A DNA stretch of 63,087 bases, counting the filler, from Octopus bimaculoides (taxonomy: Eukaryota): NCBI RefSeq assembly GCF_001194135.2. It is 7 parts of 7 records of this genome, joined end to end, with 100 filler letters (N's around TTAATTAATTAA, not from the genome) between each part and the next. Parts side by side here need not be neighbours in the genome. Positions count along the whole stretch, not along the records: positions 31,712 to 51,145 come from NC_068981.1; 6 more parts are not named here. One strand, written 5' to 3'. The position numbers were made by a program, and so were the translations under genes. A model generated the notes under the pieces. The model was not told the DNA's origin, ran no database searches, and was given only the letters and a program-made list of their open reading frames with translations. Below, one piece after another: positions 36,763 to 50,380 of the stretch. Numbering within the stretch: the first letter of the stretch is position 1; each line of letters opens with the position of its first letter.

Positions 36763-37920
36763 GGACACGCATCTAGACTACGTGGGCTGAGATAGGAATA
36801 GACGGGGATGCAAATGCCTCAGGGACCTGGTCAGACGCTTTCAACTGTCTAACAGGTACCGACTCGACCACCCAAATGCGCCAACGTGGACATGGAGCAA
36901 CCGCATCGGGTCGTCGAGATCATATCTAGATAGGATCCTGTGTAGGACGGTAGATAGAGATAGCGTAGGGTGACCACAATTCCACATAGTCAGCTACACG
37001 GATCACAAACTTGTGACGTGTACGCTAGACTTAGATAAGACACATAGGCAAGGCCCCGGTTAATGGAAACTAAACGCGTATTTCTCGTCGAGACCGGTTT
37101 TCAGAGACCGGATTAGCAAGCTAGTAAAGAGGACTTTGACGGGAGCCATCATCAACAAAAAATGGTGGTTTGCCCTCAAGAAAGCAATAAAAGCAGAAGC
37201 GATTAGGTATAGCAAAGCACTAGCCATACAGAGTAGTGGGTGAGTTAGTTAAGAAGCTAGAAGAGGTGATTAGAAGTGGCATCGTATCCGAGGTTTTGGC
37301 GGCGAGGTTGGCCCTCGACCAACACTTCAACGCCAAACACGAAGGGTGTGTTGTCAGAGCTGAGATGCGTGCTCTAAGGGACGAAGGTATTTGAGCCGCA
37401 CGAGAGGCCCGGGTGGCGAAGGTGCAACAAGGCAACAACGCCACCATTCGATCTCTGGTAGATGAACAGGGGCGCGAATTACTCGAGCCAAGTAAAATGT
37501 GTGAGGCCTTTCAACAGCATTTTACCCGACTGTTCGGGAAGAGTGGCGAGCGAGAACGCAGGGTGGACTTCAGTGCCTACCTGCACAGCCTGCCACGACT
37601 TTCGACAAGAGAGGCAAGGTGCTGCGAAGGTGCCATCACGGCGGAAGTGCGGGACGCGATGGCAGAAGCTCGAGGGATAAATCGCCGGGTTTGGATGGTC
37701 TACCCTACGAGCTTTACAGTTGTATGCCAGATTTGTTTGGAGACGTCTTGGCAGCAGTGTACTGCAACTGGCAGCAAAAGGGGAGCATCCCCGGTTTTTG
37801 TGAGCCGAGGAGCCGTAACGCTGCTGAAGAACGATCCAAACAAAGGGGACGTAATAGATAACTTTAGGCCCATCACTCTGCTCAATGCAGACTTGAACAT
37901 TTTAGCCAAGGTGTTGGCTA
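36762..37920 (+). mobile_element. Tx1/L1-clade ORF2 fragment (APE endonuclease C-terminus, linker, RT start) between (TCTA)n tracts
   Basis: PTWTWSN...SYLDRILCR, TDHKLV, PG*WKLN, KSPGLDGLPYELY, FRPITLLNADLNILAKVLA; several stops and frameshifts. Confidence 0.92.
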
Positions 37921-38105
37921 TCTATCTACCAGGCTACATATTTATCTATCTACCTCCTATTTATCTATCTATCAACCTACCTACGTACCTACCCACCCAT
38001 TTATCTACCTACCTACCTACCTACCTATTTATCTATCTATCTACCTACCTACCTACCTATTTATCTATCTATCTATCTATCTCTCTCACTCTGTCTCTGT
38101 CTCTG

Positions 38106-38163
<58 letters not shown>

Positions 38164-38494
38164 CCTCTATCTATCTGTCTGTCTCTGTGTGTGTGTGGTA
38201 GTGTTTATGTAACCCCGCTTGACAATGAGTTTGACTACGTCCTTGTAACTTAGCGATTCAGCATAAAACAGAAACCTATAAAATTTCTTGACGTAAATAT
38301 AATAATTTAAGCAAGAAAATTAGGTGTCTTTGTAGCCATCTTTTATATTACATTACATTTGCGGTATTTTGACAGTTCATAAAAATAGCTCGTCTTTAAT
38401 TTAAAATTGATTAAGTAATCATATTTTTGTCAGCTAAGTCTTTTTAGTATAAATTGTCTAGAATGTTTAAGCTTTTTGCTGATTATAGTTGTTA

Positions 38495-39330
38495 GTATTC
38501 GCTGGAATAGAGCAATGATAAAATATCGTTTTTAGATATGTTATTTGGAAAAATAAAAATAAAACTGAATAAAATTGAGACAGGTATATATAATAAACCA
38601 ATAAATTCAAGACAATATTTACTTTTTACTTCATACCACCCAAAGTACACGTGAGTTAATGTCCTGCAACTATCTTGCAAAAAGAAACTGCATCATTATC
38701 ACATGCGCACATCCGAAAAAAAAAAGAAACCAAGTAAACGAAAAGATATTTTACTTAGTTGACGTTATCCACCATCATTATTTAATGATATAAACGAAAG
38801 AGCTGAGGAAATTCATGACAGCTATTTAAGAAGTGTGAAAATGAAAACAGAAGCAAATATTTTACTGTAGATTTTCATCTACGAGACCTAAGAATATGGA
38901 GAAATTTTAAAGTAATTCAAAAAAATTTGTACCCTGGTTAAAAGATGCTTCTATTATGAGGAGAATTTTAGTAAAACAAAACTCAAAGACAAAACACATT
39001 CATGGAAAAATTATCTACTAACATCAAACAAAAATTTACTCTTTTTGAAGAGGAACTCGGAGCTTTTTGATATATTGTAACAAGTTACACATTTTGATCA
39101 ACATTGTTTAGCTGTCTAGCTAAACAATGTTGATCAATGTGTATTTTCAAAATTTTCAAAATAACTGTTTATGGTTTTTGGGAAAATTAATTTATGTCAT
39201 AACATGCTGTAGATGTGGGCGAATTATATTGGACAAACAAGCATGTAAAATATAAAACGTATGACGGTTTACCAACAACAAATCCGAAAACTATAAGTAT
39301 TCGACTCAATGAGCATTTAGATACATGCCT
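38495..39330 (+). mobile_element. Penelope-like element remnant (RT thumb and GIY-YIG endonuclease)
   Basis: KISFLDML...IETGIYNKPINSRQYLLFTSYHPK; NYIGQTS...KRMTVYQQQIR...EHLDTC; highly degraded. Confidence 0.8.
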
Positions 39331-39467
39331 CCTCCCCCAAAGTCTCAGGCCTTGTATCTATAGTAGAAAGGATTATCCTTATTACTTTCCCCACCTTCTG
39401 AACAATGTGGAACCTTTTAAAGATGGTATGTATATGTGTGTGTCTGTGTGTGCGCACACACACACAC

Positions 39468-39535
<68 letters not shown>

Positions 39536-40464
39536 GACATGTATGAAGAGATGTATGTAAACTAAGCAGTGAAATGTGCACAAATGTGTGATGATGCACT
39601 ACAGATGCCCTTGCCTTTATCAACAAAGTTAACTTTCAAATAATCTTTTACGCAATCCAAGTTATGCTTAAAAACAACCTTTCATTACAAGCCTTTATAA
39701 ATTTGATCTTTACTCCGATAGAAATGTAACCTATTATACCTGTACTTATACGCATGCTTGATTGAACCCAAACAATTATTTTGCAACCTCTCAACGCAGA
39801 CCACTCAAGTTGGAATGTCTCTTACTTTTGCTCCTATACAGTTCTAACCCTGCACACGTATTTATTTACAGACTTAAACAACCCAGACAATCATTTCATA
39901 ACATTTCCACACAAGCCATTGAAATTCATCTGTCCTTAAACTAGACTCTTATGCAATTGAATTTTCTTACGTCTCTTTCATATGTATGCATGAATAAAGC
40001 CATACAATAACTTCACAACCTTTCAAAATGAATCACTGACCAGCGGTCCTATACACTTTAAAAATGCATTTCATCTAGTCTTACATGTAAGCTTGAGTGG
40101 GTCTAAACAGTAGCATTAAAACAATCATTATTTCCGACTCTACATTTTATCTACGTCGCAATAGCCACCTATCTGAGAATAACAATGCTTTGTTAACTGT
40201 TCACGCAGAACAATCGCTTCTGCATCGTTTCATTTCCATTACAACCGCATAAACCTCTGCATTCGTCCTCTTCTTTTCCTTTTCAGTGTCCCACTTGCTT
40301 TTCCCACTAATTCTCCAGTCGGCCCACGAATGGTTCACTTTCGCCCACTGAAACTACCCATAACGAAATTTTCTATATGCAGTGAATATACCATTTTCTA
40401 TCACACCTACATTGCAGTCACGTCAACCCACTCACAATGGGAGCAAATACAAGGAATTGTATTC

Positions 40465-40600
40465 CACCTAAGTCGACTTTACCTTACATTCTTTCGGGAT
40501 TAATAAAATAAGTGCGTTGGGGCCGACGCAATCGACTAGCTCAATCCCCAAACATTTCAGGCCTTGTGACCCTTAGTAGAAAGGAATGTTACAAAGAGTT
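40465..40600 (+). mobile_element. SINE family N 3' half
   Basis: GTCGACTTTACCTT.CATTCTTTCGGG...TTTCAGGCCTTGTG...TAGTAGAAAGGA. Confidence 0.75.
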
Positions 40601-42957
40601 ACTTCATTGGGCAGATGATAGATGCCGACACAAATTCTTCAGTCTTTATAATAAGCAATATTATGAAGAAATAAAACAATGTATGCATTACATGATTATC
40701 GTGACTTATTCCTGATATTTTGGATTAATAAACGAAAGTTTTGGGAGCTAATGTATATATGTCTAACAAGCCAAAAATTCACTATTTTATCTGGTGGCAT
40801 CTCATTCAACTTCAATGCGACGACAGCTGTTGCCTCAGTTGAAATATTTATATATCAATATCTAGACCAACCCATGTCTTTGCTTGTCTGTATTTGGCAA
40901 TCACAAAAGACAGAGTTCTTTCACAAAATTTATTAATATTATGTAGCAAACGCCTCCTCATGGAAAGTAATTAAACACACTTATAACATTTGTCTGTTTG
41001 TTTTCATATTAAAAAATTGATTTCCTTGACATTCAGAATTATCTGTCCTTGAAAACTTTGTATACTATCTACTAAAAGTTCTATATATTACTCTATATTG
41101 GATTCAAATTTGGACACAAGGATAAAGGGTGAAAGACAAAATCGACCTAAGCAAAATTCGAGCATAGGCGTAATGATGGACGAAATACAACTAAGTATTT
41201 TGTTTGACATGATAATATATTATTTATATTAAAACTCTATATTACTTTTAACAGCACAACCATTAACATTCGGTTTATGTTTTATACTTTGAAGATATAT
41301 CATAATACTTCATTGTCATATAGCAAAACCATAGTTGTTTACCTTGAGAGACCGTATCGAACGATGAATTGCCATCGACATACACACCGAGCTCCAGTTC
41401 CACCTCGCATCTAATATGCAGCAGTTTATCGAATTGGGTATAGCAGCAGTACAAAATATTATTTTATTTCTACTGGCTACACTGTCTTTGTATATTTCTT
41501 TAGAAGTTTAGTTAAAGAGCGACATCGTCTGTTACTCTACACTTGTCATCAACGGCGTGGATGCCAACGGAATGTTTGGGGCTAACTGAATCCTTAAGGC
41601 AAGTGACAATTTTTTGTGTTAGTTCCTTCTTAGTTTGTCTGGACTAAGTTCTGATGTAGATTTTTTTAAGTTGCAATAGTAGCATGGGTGTATTTTAGGT
41701 TGTTTTAAGAGTGATTGTACATATAGTGATAGAAACTGTGAGGATTGAGACCTGCAACAGCCCTGCGTATCAAATTCCTTATTCATTTTCATTATTGTTC
41801 TTTTTTTCATTATCGGCTTGCTTGATTCGTTATGTAGGATGTCTGTTGGAATGGTCTTTATGCACCATTTCTGTAATTTATAGTTTGATAAAATTTATTG
41901 GAGAGAGAGGTCGCCGCATCATAAGAACTGGCATGCTCCACTATTGATTTAAAACATTGTGCGTAAAAGTGTGCACTTGAATCAATGATTAATGACAGCC
42001 TTTAGGTATGCCTTCTAGAGATAACAACCACGTCTCTCAAAAACTACGAGATATCGTTATTTAAAAAACACGTACATACATTATACTACGAAAGAAACTG
42101 GTCGCTGCTGAAACATTTGTCGAACAATGAAACTTTTATGCAGAAACGTAAATTCATATTCATCTAGTCTATTTTGTATTTTATTTCATTTTATTTTGGT
42201 TTTTAAAACCCAATATAGCTAGTTAAATTAAGATAATTGTTTTAGAATATTATACTTTTTGGTCGTTGCGGTTTATTTTAAGGAAGCGAGAACATACTGT
42301 AGAACATGTTTAATCATTTCGCTGACAAAACCTTTAATTTATTCACAATTTCCACAGTGCACACATTAATTGAGGTAATTCAGACGTTGTGAGTATGAGG
42401 TATCTGTGTACAGAAAGATACCCTACTTCGCTCTCTTTTGCAGAACATGATTGTTGATTGTTCCGAAAGAGGCGGTGAAATTTAGCAGTCTTCTACTTTT
42501 GGATGTTCTATATCACATTTGTTGTGGAGAGTAGTGACGACCCTGCTGGTTTTAGAAGTCCAGTCTCTGAAATGATTAGCAGATGCACGTCGACCATGTA
42601 TCCCCGGCAGGGTGTTATGCGTCGCGCAGAATGGAGCACCCTGGTGATCCAATGGTCAGGACTCGCATTCTAAATTATAATTCAATTTCACTTTTTAAAT
42701 TAGAATTAAATTAAATTGTCTGAAAGAAGTTGTTCTCCATTGCGATGACCACATTCATGTTCAAATCTGTTGAAATGTAAGTTGCGTTTTGATTTTCGCT
42801 GTTCTTCGTGCATTTTACGACTTTATACTTCGTTTCTAGAAAAGGTAAGTTCTGTTTACAAATATTCGAGAGTGAACTAAACGAGACTAATGAGTGTGAA
42901 ATTAATTAGTTAACAGCAAGGCTTGTGAAAATATGCATTACTTCTTGGAAAAAATAC

Positions 42958-43068
42958 CTGGCACGTGAGCGGCTGTGTGGTAAAAAGCTTGCTTGCCAGT
43001 CACATGTTTCCGGGTTCAGTCCCACTGCGTGGCTCCTTTGGCAAGTGTCTTCTGCTATAGCCTCAGGT
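42958..43068 (+). mobile_element. Family C SINE head/CORE
   Basis: GGCTGTGTGGTAAAAAGCTTGCTT...CCGGGTTCAGTCCCACTGCGTGGC...GGCAAGTGTCTTCTGCTATAGCCTC. Confidence 0.88.
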
Positions 43069-43419
43069 TGAAGAGGAGGAGTAAATTTCAAAATTCTGAT
43101 CTTTGGCAATTTTACGGAATCTTCGTATCCAAAAAGCTGAGTCTTTTGCAAAAAAAAAAAATTTAAAAAACAGAACAATAATTTGCGAGAAAATGGTGTG
43201 GGGGGATGGGAGGAAGTCTTTCCGAAAATAGTAGCTGAAAAACAGGAAAAACAAAAACTAAAAGCAGTAGAAATGCACGAACGATTGTGGTGGTGTCATG
43301 AAGTAAACGTGCTTCAGATACACTCGTTTATTCATACGAACGTAACTGAGATGACATATGTCGTAAATAACAGTGACAAACGAAATATACACCGGCGGAA
43401 GTTGTTGAGAAACAACACC

Positions 43420-43585
43420 AGTAATTTTGTTCAGCTGAATACACGTCATTGATTGGTTAAAATTGCCGAAATACGACAACCTTAACACGAAATAACTTCG
43501 TAAATAGAAACTCACAACGCTAAGAGTAAAAGATGTTCTATATAGCACATTATACCAGTATCCGAAGTTTCAAAGTGTTTAGTTT
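43420..43585 (-). mobile_element. Fragment related to the left arm of the 32321-32912 MITE
   Basis: Reverse complement AAACACTTTGAAACTT...GTTGTCGTATTTC.G.AATTT.AACCAATCA.TGACG aligns with 32360-32510. Confidence 0.8.
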
Positions 43586-46500
43586 GAAAATTAATTAATC
43601 GAGTTGGCCATGAAAAGGAAAGGATCCTAAAAGAATATATATATATATATATATATTGCAGAAAATAAAGGAATTTTGGAACGCATGATGGCTGTGAATA
43701 CCAATTCTCTCGGCGCTTCTAAGTTTGTTTACAATATGTATATGTGAGGAGTTTTAGTTACTTGTGGGAATGTGAACAAATTACAGGCGGGATTTCTGTT
43801 TCTTTAGGATGGCTCTTGACGCCTGTGGATATTGCACTTGTCGGTTGTAAATTAGTTGTAGCTAGAACGCTATTGCTGTTGTATGTGATTTGAGTTTCAT
43901 TTTCAGTTTGTACAAACAAAAAATTACAATCATTCATATTAGAACCGTAGGCTATGTATTATGAAAAGTCAATAAACTTCAACATTTTTATATTTTCTAC
44001 TAACACAGTAATTTAAGGGTTTATGAAGTAAATATTTCAATGACATATACTTCTAATGAGATATATATTAATGTTCATTACAAATGCTGGTATCCGGAGG
44101 AAAAGAAATTATCTTCTACAAACACTCTTAAAATTTGTAATCAGCAAATGGGAAATATTCTCGGAAAAAAATTATTTAGGGTAACTGTTTCCAATTATTT
44201 AGTTTTCTCAATAATAATTAGACGTTTGCCTAATTGAAGTAATCAAATAAAAATAGATTCGAGAATATCTAAAAGTTAAAATTGCCTTTTATTGAATTTT
44301 AAGAACAAATTTTCAAATTGGCAGACTAATTTCTTGTGTTCGCAAATTGACAAATAAAAAGTTAAACGAACATGGTTGTTTAAAACAACAGACAGAAAGT
44401 CAGAATTATTACTTGCAAAAGTATTCAACGTATTGAAAACGCCAGAAGTCATTACAAGCTTTTTAGATGAGTGCTATGAACTTTTTATTTGTAGTAACAA
44501 TGATTTCAAGTTATTGTCTTGTGTATCTTTAATTTATGGAATATATTTCGTTGAGATATTTAATAATCAGTTTCTTTCTCTATTCTTCAGTTTTAAATTT
44601 TAGTTTTTATCAATATTTAGTTCAGAATAATAAAGGAAATAGAGAGAAGATATCAAACCGATGCTCCTAGCTACATCCCTCCCTCTCACCTTTGTACAAA
44701 ATACAAATATATATGTCTGTCATAATCTTTATAAGGTATTTATTTTTGCGACTACAGAAGGAATACATAAATATTATCGTTTATTACTAGCTGCCATTAT
44801 AAGTAACTCTATTTTTTCGACAGTGTTAGCTGCTTACTTGTTTACGATGCTTTCATGTGGTGAGTATATGGATATCGAACAATAAATGCTGAGAGAATAA
44901 ACTTTCAACAGTGTGACAAAATAAAAACATTGTATATTTTATTATGCAAGAAATGATTTGACACTTTAATAAACTTCTCAAATGCCTTTGCAACGAAAGG
45001 GAAGGGAAAAGACTCCAGCCATATTTTAACTGAAGTCTGTTTAATAGATTATTCCCCGTAATAACACTTTGACGTTTTGGTTTTTGGAGAAATCATTATT
45101 ATTGCTATTAGAGCAGGATACTGTTATTTATACTCATTTATGCTTTGGGCTAAAATTTTGAAGTTGCAGTAGAAACAGATTAAGAACTTAGGTCAATCTA
45201 CTCGACTTCCACCTAGCCAAAAGTTTGTAGCTATTTTGTAAATCCTTATGGCTTAAATACAATACAATATTGTATTTTAAGGCATCGATGACTCTGCATA
45301 CAGGTTGAATAATATTTCTCACTATCCCAGCTAATATTTCCTGAACAAGAATTGAAATCAATAATTAAAGCTTATGAAATCAAACATCGATTGCCAGTGA
45401 TCATCTGCCTATTTCTTATGCTCCGATAGCAAGTATAAAAAGGATTTCTTATCAGAGCCCGAAGCCGCATATATGGGAGAGGCAAAGACGACTGAAGGCG
45501 GCGAATCGACAGAGTCGCTAGGACCTTATCTTTTCTGACTCTTACTTCCTGAGTTTAAATTGCCTGAAGATCGACTTTGCTTTTCATCTTTCTGGAGTTG
45601 ATAATGTAAAGTAACAGACCGGGTTTGCGGAAGTATTAGAGAACTGGACAAATGCTTTGTGGTGTTTCTTGTGGCTCTTTACATTCAGGGTTGACACATG
45701 CGTCTGGGATATCTTACTGTATCTAACCGAAAGACAGATCTCATAAGAATAATCTAAAGAAGACAAATTAGAAACCAGTTTGGGATTTTTCTTCCAGAAT
45801 TCCATGTCATGCACATGCATATGTCACGGAAATCGGTACAACTTATTATTCGAGACGGGAGAGCAAAGAAGACAGTTCATTATATCGACTTCTTTTATAT
45901 AACTGGTATTTTATTTCATTGACAAAATGAAATATAATAGGCAAGACCGTCAAGTGGCTTATTTGAATATAGCAAGGCATATTACCTACCTCCCTACAAA
46001 CTCTGTCGTACATCGCCCTAACAGTAGTTATACTGATTTCTAACATTGGTTCAAGGCCACATTTTTGTAAAAAAAAGTAGTCTATCGATCGTAATTATCA
46101 GATACTTCATTTTCTTGACCCTGGAAGGAAGAGGTTAACCTCACGACATAAAGAACCGTACCCAAATGCAGCAATGCCTTCTATCAAGTGCTGTCTCGAA
46201 TCTGTTATCTGCTACTATAACATTAATGTTATATTTTTAATAAAAGAAGATAATATATACCACATGAAGAAAAGTCACGTAAAACTGCTTATATTCTCGT
46301 TCACCAGCAGTGCCAGTCCAAAAAGAAAAAAATCCAGTAAAATTCCCTTAATCACCAAAATATATACAAATGTATTGTAAGTATTACGGCAACACATAGC
46401 ATTAGTGAAATAAAATGACTACACCATAAAATCCGAATCAGATTGCAAAGCAGTAATAAACGTTGTTGCTAAATGCTATATTCAAGGATGAATATGAGCA

Positions 46501-46769
46501 GTAGTCGTAGCAACTGTAGTTAGCGGTTTTCTTCCATATTTTTAATATGCAGTGAACATCAGCAGTAGCTAGTCCGACATAAGATACACGCACGTAATAA
46601 TTTCAATGAAACCTAATATAAATAAAGATACAGAAATTGCATAACAAGAATGCAATTATTGTTGCTGTCTTACTTTACAAAAATGGGAACACGCTAAGAT
46701 ACAATCACTACATATATCAATGAAACAACATCGTGTTCGTCTTCCCTCATAAACAGGTAACATAAACCG

Positions 46770-47160
46770 GTAACCTAGTCCTCATCATTACTGATGATCT
46801 CTCCAGACGACCGCACCCGTTCAACATTACAAAAACTGCATCACAGAACTAGCCCTTCAGAGTTAAAAAAAATACTTCATTACCCAACAACGTCTATCAC
46901 ATTACGAAGCTTAAATGAGACTCCTAATGGATTACTGTTCTAATACCTGGGACAGTGCTGCTGCCACTCATGAAAATTCCAGACCCACGCTTCAAAAATG
47001 GACAACCGTCTGATTGTCACGAAGTCGCTCTCTCTGTTACCTCTATTTGCCGTTTCGACATCATTACTGTAGCGTCTACTTCTCGGAACTGCTTGGTCGT
47101 GTGCTGGTCCCAATTTGACACTCACAAGCTTCCCGTCATACATATTGTGCTAACCCACCT
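46770..47160 (+). mobile_element. L2/CR1-group LINE RT C-terminal remnant
   Basis: ITDDLS...ITKTASQ; KKYF..QQ.L..Y; MDYCSNTWDSAAATH; very degraded. Confidence 0.6.
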
Positions 47161-47739
47161 GGTTCTCTGAAGTAATCACTTCGGCCAGAACTTCCAATTT
47201 GAAAAGTCAGTCCTCTGAAAATTTCGACCTGATGCCAGCAATTTGTAATTGTTCAAGAGGCGGGCAATAATTACATCGATGTCACTGGTTTCGAAAGAAT
47301 TGCGAAGGCTATAGGCACTGTCGTCTTTTAAAACAAAGCCATAAAAAAATTCTGTAGTGCACTTAACTGCTATTTTAAGGTTATCAGTGACATTAGCATG
47401 GGATGTGTATTTACGTTTAGACGATATTATATTAACGTTTATAAATAGCATATCCTTTTCCGATTGTATCCTGTTATGGAACTGACATAGTTGTCATAAT
47501 ACAATAGGGCTGATTCTCTGGAATGATTTCCATTTCCTTTTGTTGTATGGATGAAACCTGTAAATTTGGACCGAATGTTAAATGCTTTCATTTCTAGGGC
47601 TGTCTGTGGTCGAATGGAAGTGAAAATGGCTTCAATGATAAAGTGAAATCAGGTTGTCCGATTAAGAAGAATATTCGATCAAACTCGAAGCCAAGAGATG
47701 AAGTAAATTACTTTGTAATATTGTTTCGAACTGTAAGGC

Positions 47740-47940
47740 AGAAAGATAGCAGAACCGTTAGCACGTCGGGCAAAATGCTGTCTTCACGTTCCAAGTTCAA
47801 ATTCCGCCGGGGTCGACTTTGCCTTTCATTCTTCTGGGGTCGTTAAGGTAAGTACCAGTTGAGCACTTGGATCGATGTAATCGACTTAACTCTTCCTCGA
47901 AATTGCTGGCCTTGTGCCAAAATTTGAAACGAATATTATT
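47740..47940 (+). mobile_element. SINE family N
   Basis: AGAACCGTTAGCACGTCGGGC...GTTCAAATTCCGCCGGGGTCGACTTTGCCTTTCAT...GGCCTTGTGCCAAAATTTGAAAC. Confidence 0.9.
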
Positions 47941-48009
47941 TCGAACACCATCTCTACATTATATGTTTCTGAAGTAATTTTTAATGTATAACAAATAGTT
48001 ATTCTCTTT

Positions 48010-48235
48010 TACACTTTTACTTGTTTCAGTCATTTGACTGTGGCCATGCTGGAGCACCGCCTTATAGTCAAGCAAATCGACCCCAGCACTTATTCTTTGT
48101 AAGCCTAGTACTTATTCTATCGGTGTCTTTTGCCGAACGGCTAAGTTACGGGGCGTAAACACACCAGCATCGGTTGTCAAGTGATGTTGGGGGAACAAAC
48201 ATAGACACACAAACATATGCACACACACATACGTA
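48010..48235 (-). mobile_element. Family C SINE tail
   Basis: TTTCAGTCATTTGACTGTGGCCATGCTGGAGCACCGCC...TTTGCCGAACGGCTAAGTTACGGGG. Confidence 0.9.
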
Positions 48236-48504
48236 TATATATATATATATATATATATATNNNNNNNNNNNNNNNNNNNNNNNNNNNNNNNNNNNNNNNN
48301 NNNNNNNNNNNNNNNNNNNNNNNNNNNNNNNNNNNNNNNNNNNNNNNNNNNNNNNNNNNNNNNNNNNNNNNNNNNNNNNNNNNNNNNNNNNNNNNNNNNN
48401 NNNNNNNNNNNNNNNNNNNNNNNNNNNNNNNNNNNNNNNNNTTATAGTATTAGATATTGATGATTGAACTGGAAAGTATTTTATTTATTTATGTGCCCTT
48501 TCAA

Positions 48505-48785
48505 AGCCTAGTTTCCCGGTTTCTATGGCGTATGTGTCCCCACCACCCGCCAGCTGGACGGGACGCCAGTCCATCGCAGCATTACTCAAGAAACAGGAAG
48601 AAAGAGTGAGAGAAAGTTGAGGCGAAAGAGTACAACAGGGGTCGCCACCACCCCCTGCCGCAGCCTCGTGGTGCTTTTAGGTGTTTGCGCTCAATAAACA
48701 CAAACAACGCCCGGTCTGGGAATCGAAAGCGCGATCCTCCGACCGCGAGTCCGCTGCCCTAACCATTCGGCCATTGCACCTCCAC
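48505..48785 (-). mobile_element. tRNA-derived SINE family K, tail type 2
   Basis: Same head and body as 25198-25392, but continues GCTGCGATGGACTGGCGTCCCGTCCAG...AGAAACCGGGAAACT. Confidence 0.92.
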
Positions 48786-49089
48786 AATGGAAATTATTCA
48801 TTCAGACTAAACCACATTCTGTAACACTTTAAAAAACGTCTCTCTTATAAGCTATTCCACTAGTACCAACATGCTATAGCCATGTTCCTTAAGCACGCTC
48901 TCTTTCTTCTGATGACACAACGGCCTCCACTCCTTTCAAATATCTGATTCTGTAACGTCCACCAACCAGTTTATTCGATATACCCACACTTTATCTCCCT
49001 CCTTATCTTACTATCCCTACGGATGGCACTCCTAAACATACATTTTTTTTAATGAAATAGTTCTACAGGGAGGCTCTGACCTTCGCATG

Positions 49090-49480
49090 CTCTTTGAAAC
49101 TAATGAGATTGACGCGGTCCCTTTTGAACGTTTGCAAGTTAATGCCTGCGGGAAAAGCATCTGCAAGGAGAATGGCTTTAAAAGGTCAACGCTCTGGGGG
49201 TAAAAGAACTGTGCCTGGCGGTCAGATGACAAGTCTGTAAATATCATGAGGGTAGCGAAAGGAAGATAGATGAGTAGTTGAGGGCGCCTGAGTAAGGGTC
49301 ACATGAAGCCAACCGGCTCCGAGGAACAACGATAGAAAAAGCAAACAGAAGTAGTAGGTAGTAAATTTGTAGGACAAGGTGTCACTTGCAGAAATCCACG
49401 CTAAGTCCCTTTGCCGGTCTTAAAGCACCTGCAGTAGGATTCGGTATTGTTCCTTCTCCGCACATGACTCATTGAATAAA
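49090..49480 (-). mobile_element. L2/CR1-group LINE 3' remnant
   Basis: VCFFYRCSSE and AFPAGINLQTFK..VNLI across frameshifts. Confidence 0.55.
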
Positions 49481-49949
49481 ATCGCGATGCTGTTTCACAT
49501 AAACAGCTATCTGTTTTATAGGATATTAATTTAATGATCTAATCTACCGAGGTTTAGATTATTGCAACGAACAAATCAGCTAGAATCTTGTAACAGTTGC
49601 GATAGATCTGGTGAGATAGACAGAAGATTACATTGCTAAAAGGACCAGCTACTGCTGCTAGCTAGTCGGCAATTATTAAAGGAAATTGTTAAAACCGTTC
49701 TTTGGTGATATTTAGTTGGGGATTCTTAACTTCCGCATATCCACTTGAACAAAATTCGCCTATGGTTATTTCTAATTGGTTGCTAGGTTACCGACCAAGT
49801 CGTTAGATCATTCAGCATTTAATTCTATTCGCACATATATCATATATTTTTCAGATACATTTATTTATACTATAATGTTTGTTTATGTATGTGTGTGCGC
49901 GCACACGCGCACAGACAAGTACATACATATATATATATCTAAATACATA

Positions 49950-49982
<33 letters not shown>

Positions 49983-50096
49983 CTAAATACATCCATATAT
50001 ATATAAATATCCACACAAACACACACATATATATATATATATAAATATACACACGATACAAAGACATATTTATACATACATACATTCATACATATG

Positions 50097-50212
<116 letters not shown>

Positions 50213-50349
50213 CAGTTACATATATAAATGCATACATATATGTATATACATAAATACATATACACAAACACCTATATATATATATGTGTGTGTGTGTGTA
50301 TACAGATACATATATAAGTACATACATATATAAATACACACGCACAAAC

Positions 50350-50380
<31 letters not shown>

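Noticed and set aside
44824-44859. Small candidate exons with plausible splice sites (+44824-44859, +21175-21218, -33015-33072, -41344-41411)
   Set aside because: Too short and unrecognisable, on mixed strands, and such sites arise by chance in 63 kb of AT-rich DNA.
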